Of a DNA stretch of 64,000 nucleotides, positions 1 to 12,775 are shown one piece after another. The DNA is taken from assembly GCA_965645245.1 (NCBI GenBank), contig OZ287079.1, forward strand, positions 1,116,001 through 1,180,000, read 5' to 3'. The notes below the pieces were generated by a model. That model saw nothing but the letters and a program-made list of their open reading frames with translations. It had not been told where the DNA came from and made no database searches. Source of the DNA: Massalongia carnosa. Its lineage: Eukaryota. Positions within the stretch are counted from its first letter, which is position 1. Each line of letters starts with the position of its first letter. The position numbers were made by a program, and so were the translations under genes.

Positions 1-1194
1 GTTCCACAAGGGCATTCTCCACCAGGAAGACCCCAACGAATATCCATGACTCCTCGCCCGATTAGTAGCAAAAAGGAGACCCTAAACCCTAGGCTTAAAG
101 TCTATGAAGACCCTTCTGGAGGAGCGGAAACTATAACTACCTCTCCAAGCATCATGAGACCCACTGTTCTTGAAGAATTACCCGTCAATGAACCGCCTAT
201 CTACCAACCCCGCCTTGCATCGAATTACCCTCTTCTAGCAGAGGAGGCCGATTCGCCCCTATACCACCGAAAATGGATTAACGTCGAAAACGCAGCGAGA
301 CATGTCAGCGACTCAGACAAGACGGAAAATCCTTATCTTATGCGACGTATTCTCGACAGCGCCATCGCCGGAGTACGTGCAGGAACGCTCGACGTGCATA
401 AGTTTCGAAAGCTGCAAGCCCTAATTCGCAGCGAGGAAGATATCTGGGAGGAGGGCGTGAAATTCGACGAACTCCTCCAACCTCTCCTCGAAAACCTTGA
501 ATCCCCTACCATCGGTAACGACTTAAGACCCAGCAGTACAAGCGCCAGAGTTTACGAGCAGATTCAAACCCAAGTCCTCATGACCATCCGTCTCCTGCAA
601 CAGCATCAACCGCAATATTTCTCGGCGTACTACTCCCGTGCCCTCTGCGCCGTCATCCTTGCACGCAAACATCATCACTCCACCTCTCACATTGTTTGCG
701 GTCTGGAAGAAACTTCGGAAACCATCGTCGCCCAATGTGATCCCGCCCCCTGCATTGACGCGGTACTCGACATTCTGGAGACCGAAACCGAGACCGAAAT
801 CAGCACCGCAGCTTCCACCGATGGGACTCTCTTCATGGGTCTTTATGTCCTCGCCGGCCTTCTCCATCGCGTTTGCTCTCTCGCACCCCAACCATCATCG
901 ACAACGACCTTGACAGCGTCAATATCCGCATCGTCTCCGAAACCCTGCCGTCACCATCTCCCCACCGCTCTAAATCAACAGCAACAATTCCGCCTCGGCC
1001 ACCTAGCCACGCGTTACCTTCGCAACACGAACCCAGACATTCGTCGGGCCGTCATCGAGTTCGCGCTCGAGCTGCACGATTCCGTGGCTGAGGCCGGACT
1101 GGACGGGTTTTGGAAATTAGTCGGTGGCGCGAGCGAGGATCAGAGGAGTTTGATCACTTATTACCTTGCTCGGCGGGAGCGGGGGAGGGTTTAG
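1..1194 (+). CDS. STU1: CLASP/Stu1-like microtubule-associated protein, 3' part (5' end outside window)
   Basis: Frame open from base 1 to TAG at 1194. The helical C-terminus (..RYLRNTNPDIRRAVIEFALELHD..LITYYLAR) resembles the C-terminal region of Pezizomycotina Stu1, recognised from memory. Confidence 0.7.
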   Translation, partial: VPQGHSPPGRPQRISMTPRPISSKKETLNPRLKVYEDPSGGAETITTSPSIMRPTVLEELPVNEPPIYQPRLASNYPLLAEEADSPLYHRKWINVENAARHVSDSDKTENPYLMRRILDSAIAGVRAGTLDVHKFRKLQALIRSEEDIWEEGVKFDELLQPLLENLESPTIGNDLRPSSTSARVYEQIQTQVLMTIRLLQQHQPQYFSAYYSRALCAVILARKHHHSTSHIVCGLEETSETIVAQCDPAPCIDAVLDILETETETEISTAASTDGTLFMGLYVLAGLLHRVCSLAPQPSSTTTLTASISASSPKPCRHHLPTALNQQQQFRLGHLATRYLRNTNPDIRRAVIEFALELHDSVAEAGLDGFWKLVGGASEDQRSLITYYLARRERGRV

Positions 1195-4100
1195 TTTGTC
1201 TGAGGGATCATTAGGTTGGTTGGATACCTAGGCCAGGAGTGCTAGATGTGGTGAGAAGGAGGGAGAAGTGGGCTGAGCACGAGTGATTGTGTGCTGAAAC
1301 GATAAAAGTCGGCGTGCGGAGCGTTTCTTGCTATTGTTGTTCTTTATCCCCATAGGTCTATCTATGTTTTTCACCCAGGCTATGCGTGCATGTTTCTCTA
1401 TCTGTACTTTTACCTTCCCTCCTAGTTCGTAGCTAAGGAGAAATCAATCCCTGAGGCCAAACAATGGTGTGATTTACGCAAAAAACGCCTGTGCCTGTTC
1501 GATTGCCTTGCTTTGCCTGTCTGTCTTTATTTTGATTCTCAAACTGGTAGGGAACGAAAAGCATTGGGAACGAGGACGGGAGAAACAAGCAAGCAAGCTG
1601 GCTGGCTGGCTAGGACACTTTTCACACCGAGTCTTCCTTCCCTTTTTCTCCTCTTCTCTTGCCCCCCCCCCCCTTTCAGTAGTTGTCACACCTCCTCTCT
1701 CTCTCCTCTATTCTGATTTCCCCAGTCCCCCATTTCCCTCTTCAACCCGTATATCCAAATCCCGAAACTCGGATTCCGGGAAATCTCCCGGCTGCCCCCC
1801 GTCCTGTTTATATATGTTTTTGGGGGTTTTCCTCCTATGTTCTTGGGTTTTGTATGATATCTATGAAAAAGAAAATATCTCCTGCAACTCTTGTTTAGTT
1901 TATTTCGTCTTGCTCCTCTCCCCCTTTCCCTTCTTTCCTATCGTGCGTGTTCGGCCTAACTTGCTTGCTTGACTTGCTACACAAACTTTCCAGTGTATCG
2001 ATTCTTTGAAGGGGGGAGGGTTCGCTGTATACTCGGGGGGGGGGTTGGAAATGGGATTTTGGGGGGTGGGGTACTGAAGAAAGAAGAAGAGGAGGTGATG
2101 GTCATATGCTTAATGCTAGGTTTTTCGTAAGGATATACCTATGCTTTGGGGAGCTGGAAATTCTTAACGACGCCTGTGGAGGGAGGCGAAAGGGCGATTA
2201 TTGGGGAAACGGATAGATGGAGATGGGCGAAATATTTAAGTGGTTTTCTGAAATAGACAAAGTAGTTCATTCTGTCAAATGACAAGGGCGGACATGCAGG
2301 CATCAAAGACTAGGATGAAATGGATTTAGGGTCTAACACTCTGTCGAACGAAAGCCCCTCTCGTTTCCCTCAGCTGTATTCCCGGAACTTGAGAATTCGT
2401 TCCTTGGGGCCTCCCACTTCCACGGACTCTCATGGTTTCCCCGGCCTCGGGTCTAGTTATTCAACTTGGATGCACGGTTCATCCAAAGCCGACGCGGCGG
2501 GTCCACGGAAGCAACATACGGAGCGGCAAGGTGCATTAAATACTACTTCCAGCCTCGTATCTTGAACGCTTTTTGCTTGTTCCGGATTTGTCTAATTCGC
2601 TCATGGGTGGAAAGGCGCGCGCGTTGTTCGGAAGGATTTCAGCCAGTCTCCGCCAACCAAAAAGCAATACCATACCTAGGACTGGAACGGGATGATGGAT
2701 GACGTGCTGAAGGGTGAGATCTCCTCTGACGTGCAGGAGACGCTAGAAAACGGTTATGTTGTTGTGCTGCTGCCGTTCGGCACTTGTGTTTTATACTTTT
2801 TGGACTTGTGGGGGTGGTTCGCGTCGCCGGCAATCATCCAATCTCAGCCTGGAATGCATTTCACGGTTTCTCGACGGTGTAGATGAATCGTCGGGGTGGT
2901 TTTCATACCATTGAAGCGTGACAACGACGAGCTGTGACGTATCGAGTGTCCTGGTACTCTGTGTACAATATTGCATTCTTTCCTAGTACAAAGGTGATCC
3001 CTCCAACTCGTCGGGGTTGGCCCAGGCTTCCTGCCGTTGTTTCTCGCTTCGCTGCTGTCAGACCGGCTTCCAGAGCGGTCTGTGCTGCTTCGTCTGCCTT
3101 TGCTTCTGCCTTGAAAGGCTCAAAAGGTCCAGTGTAAGCTAGAGGAAGCTTGGTCCACGTTGCAGAAGGTGATTCCGTTTGTGCCTGGCCTAGCACCAGC
3201 AAGCTCAATGCATAGATTTAAGTGCGCAAACTCCCCATTTTAGAACCATGCAGAATGATTTTTGGGAGTGCTCTACGCTCTTCCAGGAAAACGTATTGAC
3301 ATGCATTCGATGAAAATGGATGAGCCAGCTCGCTGACACTCGTCTCTTCGCCTTGTCCCTTGCGGTTCCCTTTTTTCAACTCGCCTTCTCATCATCTGGT
3401 TAGGAAGAGAGGATGCAAACCAGCAACGCAATCAAGCAGATCACCGTTTCGCTTGAATGGCAATGCCTGTTAGTCTTTATCATCGTCGTTATGAGCATCT
3501 TGCTCGCAGAGTAGTTGTCATACAAGTCTGACTGTCAATGATAGGAGTATTTCCTTCCTGAGGAGTTTCTCATCACCATCGCAAGTTTCGCTCCCGACCA
3601 ACATATGTTCGATGTCCATTTTTGGCTGGAGAATGAGTGGATGAGACATGGCGCGATAAGGACTTGCTGCAACAATGTCTCTCCTCTCACTTTTCTATTC
3701 GCTCCCCCTTCCCCTTGCCACAGTATCACACATTGCACGTAACATCGCCAGTATGAAGGTATCCGAGGATACTGTGTAGGTACAGTACAACCTACCCTGT
3801 ACGGAGTACTCCGTATCGATCATGCACATGACAGTCACATGACGGTCACATGACGAGCTTCATCTCGCATCTTTCTGGTCCTCTTGTCGTTAATTACTCC
3901 GTACACCCAACGTTACAGAGTACTTATCTGTGTGTTTCAGTAACGGAGTATCGAGTACGTGTCCATTTATATCCGGACGAGAAGAGATTGAGAGTCGCTA
4001 GTGACTCGGCGCACTGGATGATAATGTGCCTAGAATATTGGTGTACAGAATATGATACACTGCGCACATGAGATGAGTAGGAACACACAAGGATAGCCTG

Positions 4101-4482
4101 GCCTCGCTGGCTTGTTCGGCTGTTCGCTTCGTCGACGGGCGCCCTTAGCTTGGAGTGGCTTCAGCCCGAGCACCTTTGATTGATCGAAACGAAAAGCCCC
4201 GACAATTTGCCCCCAAAAGCAACCGATCAATAGGGATGAATGCTCTGTCCGGCATGGTGCAGTCCAGAAATAGTGATCAATCAGCTCCATCGATACCGAG
4301 AACCATACGTTACAGAGTGATTAATTCCAGAATCATACGACGAAAACACACGTGGAAGGATGCTCCCACTATCCAGGCACCACGGGGAGTGGGACTCAAT
4401 CGAGTTTCTCGTTAAATGGACTTGGCACGAAAGGGTTTCGCTTGTTGGCGTTAGAGGCTTGTTTCATCCAAGGGCTGACGAA

Positions 4483-4518
4483 GAGGCCAGCGAGGCCAGC
4501 GAGGCCAGCGAGGCCAGC
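4483..4518. repeat. 9-bp tandem repeat (GAGGCCAGC)x4
   Basis: Directly visible in the sequence. Confidence 0.9.
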
Positions 4519-5052
4519 GTGACCCGTCCGGTTACAGAGTACCGAGTACCTCTGTATGGATCCTTCAGGCTTGCTTGCATGTAATCTCATCGCCTCTCTC
4601 TCTCATCCTCTCTCTTCATCCTCTCTCCTCATCCTCTCTCCTCATCCTCTCTCACTCGAGGAACGAGGTGGTAAAAATTCGATCCAGATGATGAAGATTC
4701 ACTGCTGCATCGTAAGTCGGGAGTCTTGGCGGAGCTGGTATCGATCACAAACGCTAGAGTATCGGTAAGCCTTGACGGTTCCATTAATATCTGTAAGGTA
4801 CAGGGTAATCTGTAACGTATCGTTCGGACCAAGAGTCGTCTTTCATAGTGGCTTGGACTTACTACTCGGTACCTATTCTGTACCTACTTTGTACACCTTC
4901 TCACTAGTTGCTCAGCCGGTCCCTCGTCTTTCCTCCTCCCACCGTACAGAATAGGGAGAGAAAGTATCACATCCACCACTCAAATCTCTCCTCCACCCCC
5001 CCTCTCCCACATCTCTATCTTAGGGAGTGGGCAATCAGAGTCGTCTCACTTG

Positions 5053-5101
5053 CTCCCGGAGAGAGTACACAGTGCTCCCGGAGAGAGTACACAGTGCTCC
5101 T
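5053..5101. repeat. 22-bp tandem duplication GCTCCCGGAGAGAGTACACAGT x2 plus a partial copy
   Basis: Directly visible in the sequence. Confidence 0.85.
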
Positions 5102-5939
5102 CCTTCCTTGGACCCTCCTCCCTTCTTCAGCCTCCCACGCAACTGCTTCCATCCTCGCTTTCCATGCATTGCCCCGCAAAATATGTTGGTTGGGTTGACC
5201 ACAAATCATCATCGTGACGGCTTGGTGAGTGAAGTCAGCAATCCATTGTGAAAGCCCAGGACTCCAACAGCAACGAGAGAGCGTGTGTGTATGTGAGCCT
5301 CCGAGAGACGTGAAGAAGAGAACTACGCCTGGATCTGAAACGACATGATCAGCGCATCCTGGTCATTCTGGACGACGCACGATACGCACAATCCGTACTC
5401 GGACGCCTTCAGTCATTTGGATGCAACACCGATAATATCAATTCCTCCAAGCATTTCATCACGCCGGCAGCCCTAGAGCGGCCTTTTCATCCGGAACTTC
5501 TGTACTCAGTAAATATCACTGCTGGCATCTTCTGTACTCCCTTCTCCCACACATCCCTCCCCCCAAAACCTCAACACCCGCGGTTTCCCTCCTTGCACTA
5601 GAGTCTCAAGCCCTGCGCGGCCCTGGGCTATTGTATCCATACGCTGTCGACTCACGGCTCCCCGCTTGTGGCTCGCGTCTGACGTTCCTTACTTGGTCGG
5701 CCAGCGGCAATCATTGCGCATCACCTGGAACCGGGTCTGGATTAACGTTGTGGTGACTGGCACTGACTTGTTCGTTTTTCAAAGGGGCTTGGCCGGGGGA
5801 AGTAATTCCATGAAGCCGCTTCTTTGTCTCGCCTAGGACCACAAATCCCGTAGCGGAGAGGCTTAACCTTGACATCAACGTCGTTCTTCATTCTTCGTGA
5901 GGGTGCGGTCATCGGCATCCTCTCGGAGCACCAGCAACA

Positions 5940-8900
5940 ATGATGATGGATTCGTCCGTGACGTTTCCAGAATCTCCCATGGAGCAGGATGAAGTTGCCT
6001 TTCCGTGCAAAGGATGTGGCGAGGTACAGCACCCGCCGTTCTCACCTTTTCAGCTGTCCCCCCTTATGGTGTCGACCTCGTGGCTAACGAGACTGGGCAT
6101 GGTGTAGATTCTTGAGGAGGGAAAGGCCTTCGAACTTGGTACGTGTCCGACCTTTGTGTCCTTACAGGATCGATATACTGACCGGCTCCCAGCGGGCAAT
6201 CGTTGGCATATTGACTGCTTCCGCTGCAACACTTGCGGCACTCTCCTCGACTCGGATGCAAACCTCCTCCTCCTCGGCGACGGCTCGCTCATCTGCAACA
6301 ACTGTACATATAGCTGCAGCGCCTGTGGGAACAAAATCGAGGATCTGGCCATCCTCACCGGCGATCAGGCCTTTTGCGCAACATGTTTTCGATGTCGGAA
6401 CTGCAAGAAGAAGATTGAAAATCTCAAATACGCCAGGACGTCGCAGGGGATCTTCTGCATGGAATGCCATGAGTCGCTGATGCAGCGTCGGCGGAAGAAA
6501 TCGGCCAAGAACGGTGCGCACCGTCGGGAGAAACATATTCACCATCAAGGTGGCAACATGTTGCTGGATAAATCCCTACCGTCTTTGCCGCCCAGCGCCA
6601 TCGATCGAACTGCCTTTTCGCCCGATAATGAAAGTTTGGCGTCCGACGGGTATTCAGACACGCCGACCGAATTGCCCCAGATCTCACACAAGAAAGCACC
6701 CACTTCCAGATCAAGCTCCCATTCCGGCACCCCTACCGAACAAACTCGCGTCCCGCCCAAAAGACCAACACATTCAAGGTCAAACTCGTCCCGAAGTACC
6801 CAAAGGGAAAGGTCACCAGCTGCGCTAGACGAAGAACCAAAAGGTAATGTTGAGAAAAAGTCTCGTGCAACACTTGAAGCTTACAGAGGGACAGAAAACT
6901 TGATGCTCCCCTCGACCACCTACAAAAGCAACCGACACTCTTCCATCTCCCAACGATCCGATATTTCAGGAAATGGGGAAGAGTTCTTTATTCCCATGGC
7001 GCTCGACCCCAATCCTGCTCCCGGCCCATCGCCTTTGACGAGACATCACAAATTCGATTCTCACGCGGATACCATCGTGAAAGCTCAACACTCCGATCCG
7101 AAACCATCATCACGGGATTACTTCACTACCAAGAATCAGAACCCGCCGTCACGCGTAGCCTCAAATGATTATGAAACCAACCGGATCTCATCCACTCCAA
7201 ACTCACCACGAGACTCGCGGCATTCCTCTCAACCAAGCAGCCCGCACATTGCGTATCAAGAGATTGGCCGGGAGCCATCGGAAGTGGAAAACATACGCAA
7301 GAGAAAGGACCACGTTCAACCACCCGTTTCCATCGGTTCCATGACGCATGAGAAGCCTCGCGATCCACCGATTGACTTGCGGTCACGTCCGAACGGTGAG
7401 GCTCGGAACGGGAAGTTCATGCTGCAAGAGGTACCGAAGAGCAAAAAGTCCGGGTCGACCAGGAGTTCCAGATCTGAAGGGTTATCGCCATCCCTCGACG
7501 TTTCGCTATCTTCGTCCAAGTCGAGCTCCGCGCCTGCGTCGGCGATAACGCAAGTCAAAGATGAACCCGCCATGTTGCCCATATGCGATTCTCCCGAGTC
7601 TGTGCGGCCGAATAAGGCCAATGGATCGCCCCTTACGTTGCAAGACTTGAAAAGCCATGATCCTGGGTCCACCGATTCCCCTACCTCACAGTCATCGCTG
7701 GCTAGCACACAAGTGCAAAGCCTACCCCAAAGACATGATTCCCTGGTGAAGTCAGGAGCCTCCAAGCCTCACATTTCCCGGAGGGAAGTGGGCGCAGGCC
7801 ACATAGGCCAACAGCCAATCGTTCCCTCGAGTGATCACGCGGAACATGACAAGTCAGCCTCTTTACCCCCATCGCTAACTGCTGGGTATAATCCTGCCCA
7901 CCCAAACGGGACTCGAGCTCTGTCGAAATCTTCGGACATCCCATCGTCTGGGAGTGCCGCTGAAATCCCCCACGTTCCTCTGCGCGCTCGAGATCGCGTG
8001 GCTGTCGCCAGCGGATCGTCGGTCGACTCGTTTGTTGCGCCTCGCATCCCCCCCCAGCCTCCCATAGGGAGTCACAAGTCGAACAGCGCCTCGGTTAGCA
8101 CGTACAAGTCGGAGACTTCGCGAAATGGGGATTTCCCGGTATCGCCTTCATTGCCGCGTTACAGCGCCGGAGGTGAGTTTTCCATGGATGAGGATTTGGC
8201 TCGGATTCTGGGCCACGAGGATCCCCAAGATCACGCATCATTCTTACGCCGTGTCTCGAATTCAGTTCGGCACGCGAGAAGCTACAGCGACCGAGGCACT
8301 CGGTTGTCTCGGGAGCACAAGTGGCCCAAATCGCCGCTCCCGGCAGCTCCCAGTGGAGCCTTTGGCCAAGAAATCAGCAGCCCGACACCGTCCACACCGG
8401 ATTCGAAGGAGGAGCTCATGTGGTTGAAGAATGAGCTCCGCCGAGAAAGGCAAAAGACGGTCGAAAAAGAGCAGAAGCTCCAGGAACTGGAAGCCGCCTT
8501 GGAAGCGAAAAGCACCATCAGGCAGATGAACACGGAATTGCGGGAGAAGAGATCCACCATGGTGGTCCTGGATACGCAGAAAGAGATTGTCGTGAGGGAG
8601 CTGGAAGTGTTGACGGAGCACATCGCCTCGGCGAAGAAGAGCGAAGAGCCTCTGGATCTGGGGGGTATGAGCAACCTGGTGTTGCGAGAATTTGCCGAAT
8701 CGCTGCAGAAGCTTAAAGATAGTTTTGCCCCGCAGATTGAAGACCTCACCCAGCATCGGAACGAACTCATCGAAGAAGTGGCCGATCTGACCCAACTGAG
8801 AGACAAGAGCGCACAAGAATTCGAGCAACTTTCGGCGAAAAACGCCCAGCTCGCGGAACTTAACAACCAGCTCGTTCACCAGATTCAAGAACTGTACAAA

Positions 8901-10119
8901 GCAAATGCAGGTCCGTCGTTGGACGTGTCGCGGCCCCCGGTGAATGGGCTTGGTATTTACACCCATTCAACAAAGGAGAGATCTAACCGATCGATCGACG
9001 GTCGGGAACTACAGCCGTCGACCACGGAAAGCAGCTACACCGGATCGACCGTGGTGCACGAGCTTGATGGTGACCCAGCCACCTATCTAATCGCGCCCCA
9101 GGTGGTAAATATGCGCAAGGCCCAACCGAAGAAGTTTAATTGGAAAAGGGGCGGCCAAAACGTCGCCAAGGGGGTGACGAAAGGATTGAAAGCCTTTACA
9201 TCAACGGATCCGAACAAAATGCATCGCGATGGCCACTATCCCGAAAGCGCATCCTACGGATCGATGCAGCCAACTCTGGATCATTCGATCGGTAGCCAAT
9301 CGAAGACGTCGTCCCAGGATCCACTTCGTCAAGGGTTTGGAATTTTTGGGAATCAGAAAGGAAAGCCTATTTCAAAAAACGCGAGTAACGGTACTGTGTC
9401 TATTATCACCACGGACGGCCCATCAGGTAGGAGTATGGTTGTCTCCCGGCTATCATCCACTAACGATTGCTAGGATTGTTCGGCTCCGATCTTGAACATC
9501 GCACAGAACTCGAGCGAGCGGACATCCCCCAAATTGTCATGCGATGTATCCAGGAGGTTGAGCTCAGAGGTATGTCTGACGCCCAGCACAGCATCTTCCT
9601 GCTAATCACCTTTTAGGCATGGACGTGGAAGGCATCTACCGCAAATCTGGCGGTAACTCGCAAATCCAGCAGATAAAAGAAGGCTTTGAACGGTCCAACG
9701 ACTATGACATCTCCGACCCAGATCTCGACATCAACGCCGTGACATCCACCCTCAAACAATATTTCCGCAAACTCCCGTCCCCGCTTATCACGTTCGAGGT
9801 CTACGATAAACTGCTGGATTCGGCGGCGAGCATCGTGGAGGATCCCCATCGTTGCGTCACCCTTATGCGCTCCGCGATCAACAACCTTCCACCTCGTCAT
9901 CGTGCTTGCCTCGAGGTGCTAGTGTTTCATCTGGCACGCGTGGTGGGGCGTGAACGGGAGAACTTAATGACAAGCTTAAACGTTGCGGTAGTGTTTGCAC
10001 CCACGATCATGCGCCCCGAGAGCCTGACACGGGAGATGAGCGACACGCAGGCCAAGAACCAGGCGGTGCAGTTTCTGATTGAAAATTGTCAAGGTGTGTT
10101 TTTGGGGGGAGGAGAATAG
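5940..10119 (+). CDS. RGA1: LIM-domain Rho GTPase-activating protein (Rga1/Rga2 family)
   Basis: Exons approx 5940-6023, 6108-6138, 6193-9426 (possible in-frame 51-nt intron 6844-6894), 9474-9569, 9617-10119. Tandem LIM zinc fingers (CKGCGE..WHIDCFRCNTC..CSAC..FCATCFRCRNC), a coiled coil, and a RhoGAP domain (GIYRKSG, LKQYFRKLP, NLMTSLNVAVVFAPT). Confidence 0.93.
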
Positions 10120-10649
10120 GATCGGGGGCTAATCTAGGATCTGGAATCTTTTTGATGATTTTTGAGGAGTATTGGAGGAGAGTGTGGACTACGGAGCGAA
10201 AAGGGGCATCGTCCCTTGTGTGGGGAAAGTCCATCTTAGCGGTAAACCGGGAAAGGGGGGGAAACGGTGTGCGACGGGATTTTTATTACCCATTATTATT
10301 ATTATTATTATCGTCATCGTTGTTCCCACCCCGAAAGAGGAGCTTTGGCCGGTTTTAGTTTTCCAACCCCCCTTACCTGACAAGAGGGCGGAAAGCGTTT
10401 ATGTTCTCCAATATTTATCCTATGTATTGTATGTATGTATGTGTTCGTTACTAATGGATCCGATGACCGAATCCTACCACGTATATGGTGAATAAATTGT
10501 CGGAACGGCGACGAGAGACTATTCGTTTTTATTTTATTTTTATTTTTATTTAGACGTCTATTTATGTACGTATGTAAACCCCCCTCCTCAACAAATCCCC
10601 TCACCGTGATTTCTTCTTCTTCTTCTTCTTCTTATGGTTTCCCATATAC

Positions 10650-10689
10650 ATCCATCCATCCATCCATCCATCCATCCATCCATCCATCC
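10650..10689. repeat. (CATC)n microsatellite in a low-complexity convergent spacer
   Basis: About 10 copies visible, near (TTC)n and (TAT)n tracts. Confidence 0.9.
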
Positions 10690-11253
10690 AAACATACATA
10701 CATATCCACAATCCCTCGCCCTCCCACAGAAAGGAACAGGAAACCGGCAATGGAAAATGATGGGAACAACGAGGGAGAGCGGAGAAGGGGGGGGGGGAGA
10801 AAGAATACGACAACGACGATCAGGGGGGGTTTTCCCGGCTCTTATATGTAATGTAAAATATCTATCTGTCTGTCTGGCTGTCTGTTATATATGCCCTTAT
10901 CTGTATTTGAACGAACATTCTCTGTTTTTTATTTTCATTCATTTTTTTTTTTGGAAAAAACCCCCCCAAAATAGCCACAGTCCAGATCGGATCCGGAATG
11001 GCGACCATGCCCAAAAGGAGAAGAATTGGAGAATTAAAAAAAGAAGAATCCACAGGGAATACCCAAAAGGTATGGTGTTTGATCCATGGAAGCTATTCCC
11101 CATGACGACGAGGAAATGGGTTGTTTAGATACAACTCCGTCCTGGCATCATTACCCTCGCGAGCCTTCCCGAACATGAACAAACGCCCTGAAAACTCTCC
11201 GTCTCTGAGCCCTGATTCCCCGCTGCCTTACCTGAAAAGCTTCCCCGCGCCGA

Positions 11254-12342
11254 TCAATAATCTTCGCTAACTACACTTCCCACCTCCGTCCAGCTCCCTG
11301 GCGTACTGACCCTCTCCCCAGCCTCGCTCCATACATCTAGCCCCACCTCGCTGCCCACGCGGCTCAGATGCTCCCCCGAGGCAGGCGTGAGGGCTCCCCA
11401 AGGCTCCCCGTTTGTCTCGAGCGCGGCAGCGTGCTCGGACTGTAGTGGAGAGTAAAAGGCCGGTACGGTATGGTTTTCGGCCCATTCGTGCACGGACCAG
11501 TGGTTTTGGTAAGGGCGAGTTGGGGTCCGAGGGGGAGAGAAGTCGATTTGGGCGGCGGCGGATGAGGTCGAGGTTGTGGGGGTTAGATCCAGGAGAGCTT
11601 CTGAAGGGTGGTTGGAAACGGCTTCAGTGTCGATCAGGAGGGGTTGAGGGGAGGTACTGGGTGCGGGCGCGGTAGGAGAAGAATCGTGCACCCTGATATG
11701 TGCCTCATCGACGGTTGGGAGAGCGAGTGGAGTATCAAGTACTGCATCGTTGCTCTCTGTATGCCGATTGCGTAGGCCTGAATCTGAACTGTCGACTTCG
11801 GCTGCCGTGGTGGCTGCAACTTGTCGTTCATTAAGCAAAATGCCGTTTGTATCGACCATGTCATCGAAACTATGGGATCTCGCGCTCTGTCCCTTTGTCT
11901 TTCGCTTCTCCTCCATCGCTCTCCCTCGCTCTAGGATCTCCTGTCTCGCTCTTCGGCGTCGCTCCACACCTTCGGGACTCTCATCTTCGCGGGTGGAGGC
12001 ATCTAGTGACGAGTCTCGAGAGGCGGAGGGTGGAGTGATTTCGTCTCCCAAGCTGTGCAGAGCGGTAGCAATTTTCCGTCGGGAAGAATCAACCCATTGA
12101 CGAACTTGGGGGTTTTCGTAGACGGCGAGACCAGCGGCGAAGAGCACGGTCAAGGAGATGATAAGGCCTTGGTTAAATGTTAGCGGGAAGCGATGGAAGG
12201 AATGTAGTGTGCCTTCAGAACCCAGAAATACTGGGTTGAACAAGAGGTTTGTAGCAGGATGATGTGGGTAACCGCCCAGCAGCCGGAATTGGAGGGGTAC
12301 AGATGCCATTCAGGACTTACCTTTGGCCAGTGGCGCAGGCAT
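11254..12342 (-). CDS. Conserved fungal hypothetical protein with an N-terminal membrane anchor
   Basis: Exon 12342-12321 (MPAPLAK) spliced via GTAAGT..GCTAAC..AAG to 12167-11254 (GLIISLTVLFAAGLAVYENPQVRQW...). Hydrophobic N-terminus followed by a disordered tail. Confidence 0.8.
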
Positions 12343-12775
12343 ATCTCGAAAGGTTTCTGAATGTGATTTTGAGAAATGCGAAGGTATTGCAGGAGTTCGG
12401 CTGGGAAGAAGTTGTGACAAGAAAGGCTGAGAATTGGGGAGTGAGAAGGTACACTGTAGATAGAGGGATAGATGGATAGAGTTGGTTGGACTCGTCATTG
12501 AGAGGCGGGATGGAATGTGGCGCAGTACGAGTGCGGAACAACTATTTTCAACTCCAATCGGAAGCAGATAACCAATGAACACTAAGATAAGGTAAGGTAC
12601 TGTAACAAACTACTGTACTCCGTACAGAATATGGAATAACCCGTAATTTACAAAGCAATCAAACCCAAATCAAAAGTACGATCACACTGGGTTTTGGCAA
12701 GACGATGTCTGTGAGACCAGTCAACTCTTGGACTTGCCATTGACACCTCAAACCTCTCATCTCATACGAGATCTC

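Noticed and set aside
1200..2300. ORFs such as 1469-1972 downstream of STU1
   Set aside because: Low-complexity pyrimidine/purine tracts give hydrophobic junk translations with no ATG context or motifs
2903..3208. 101-aa minus-strand ORF with an Ala-rich, protein-like stretch
   Set aside because: Non-ATG start, no recognisable domain and no convincing exon structure
8262..8966. Long antisense ORFs within the RhoGAP (also within MCM3, CIC1 and LINE ORF2)
   Set aside because: Shadows of GC-rich sense-strand codon usage
10120..11250. Short ORFs in the convergent spacer
   Set aside because: Derived from microsatellites and homopolymer runs
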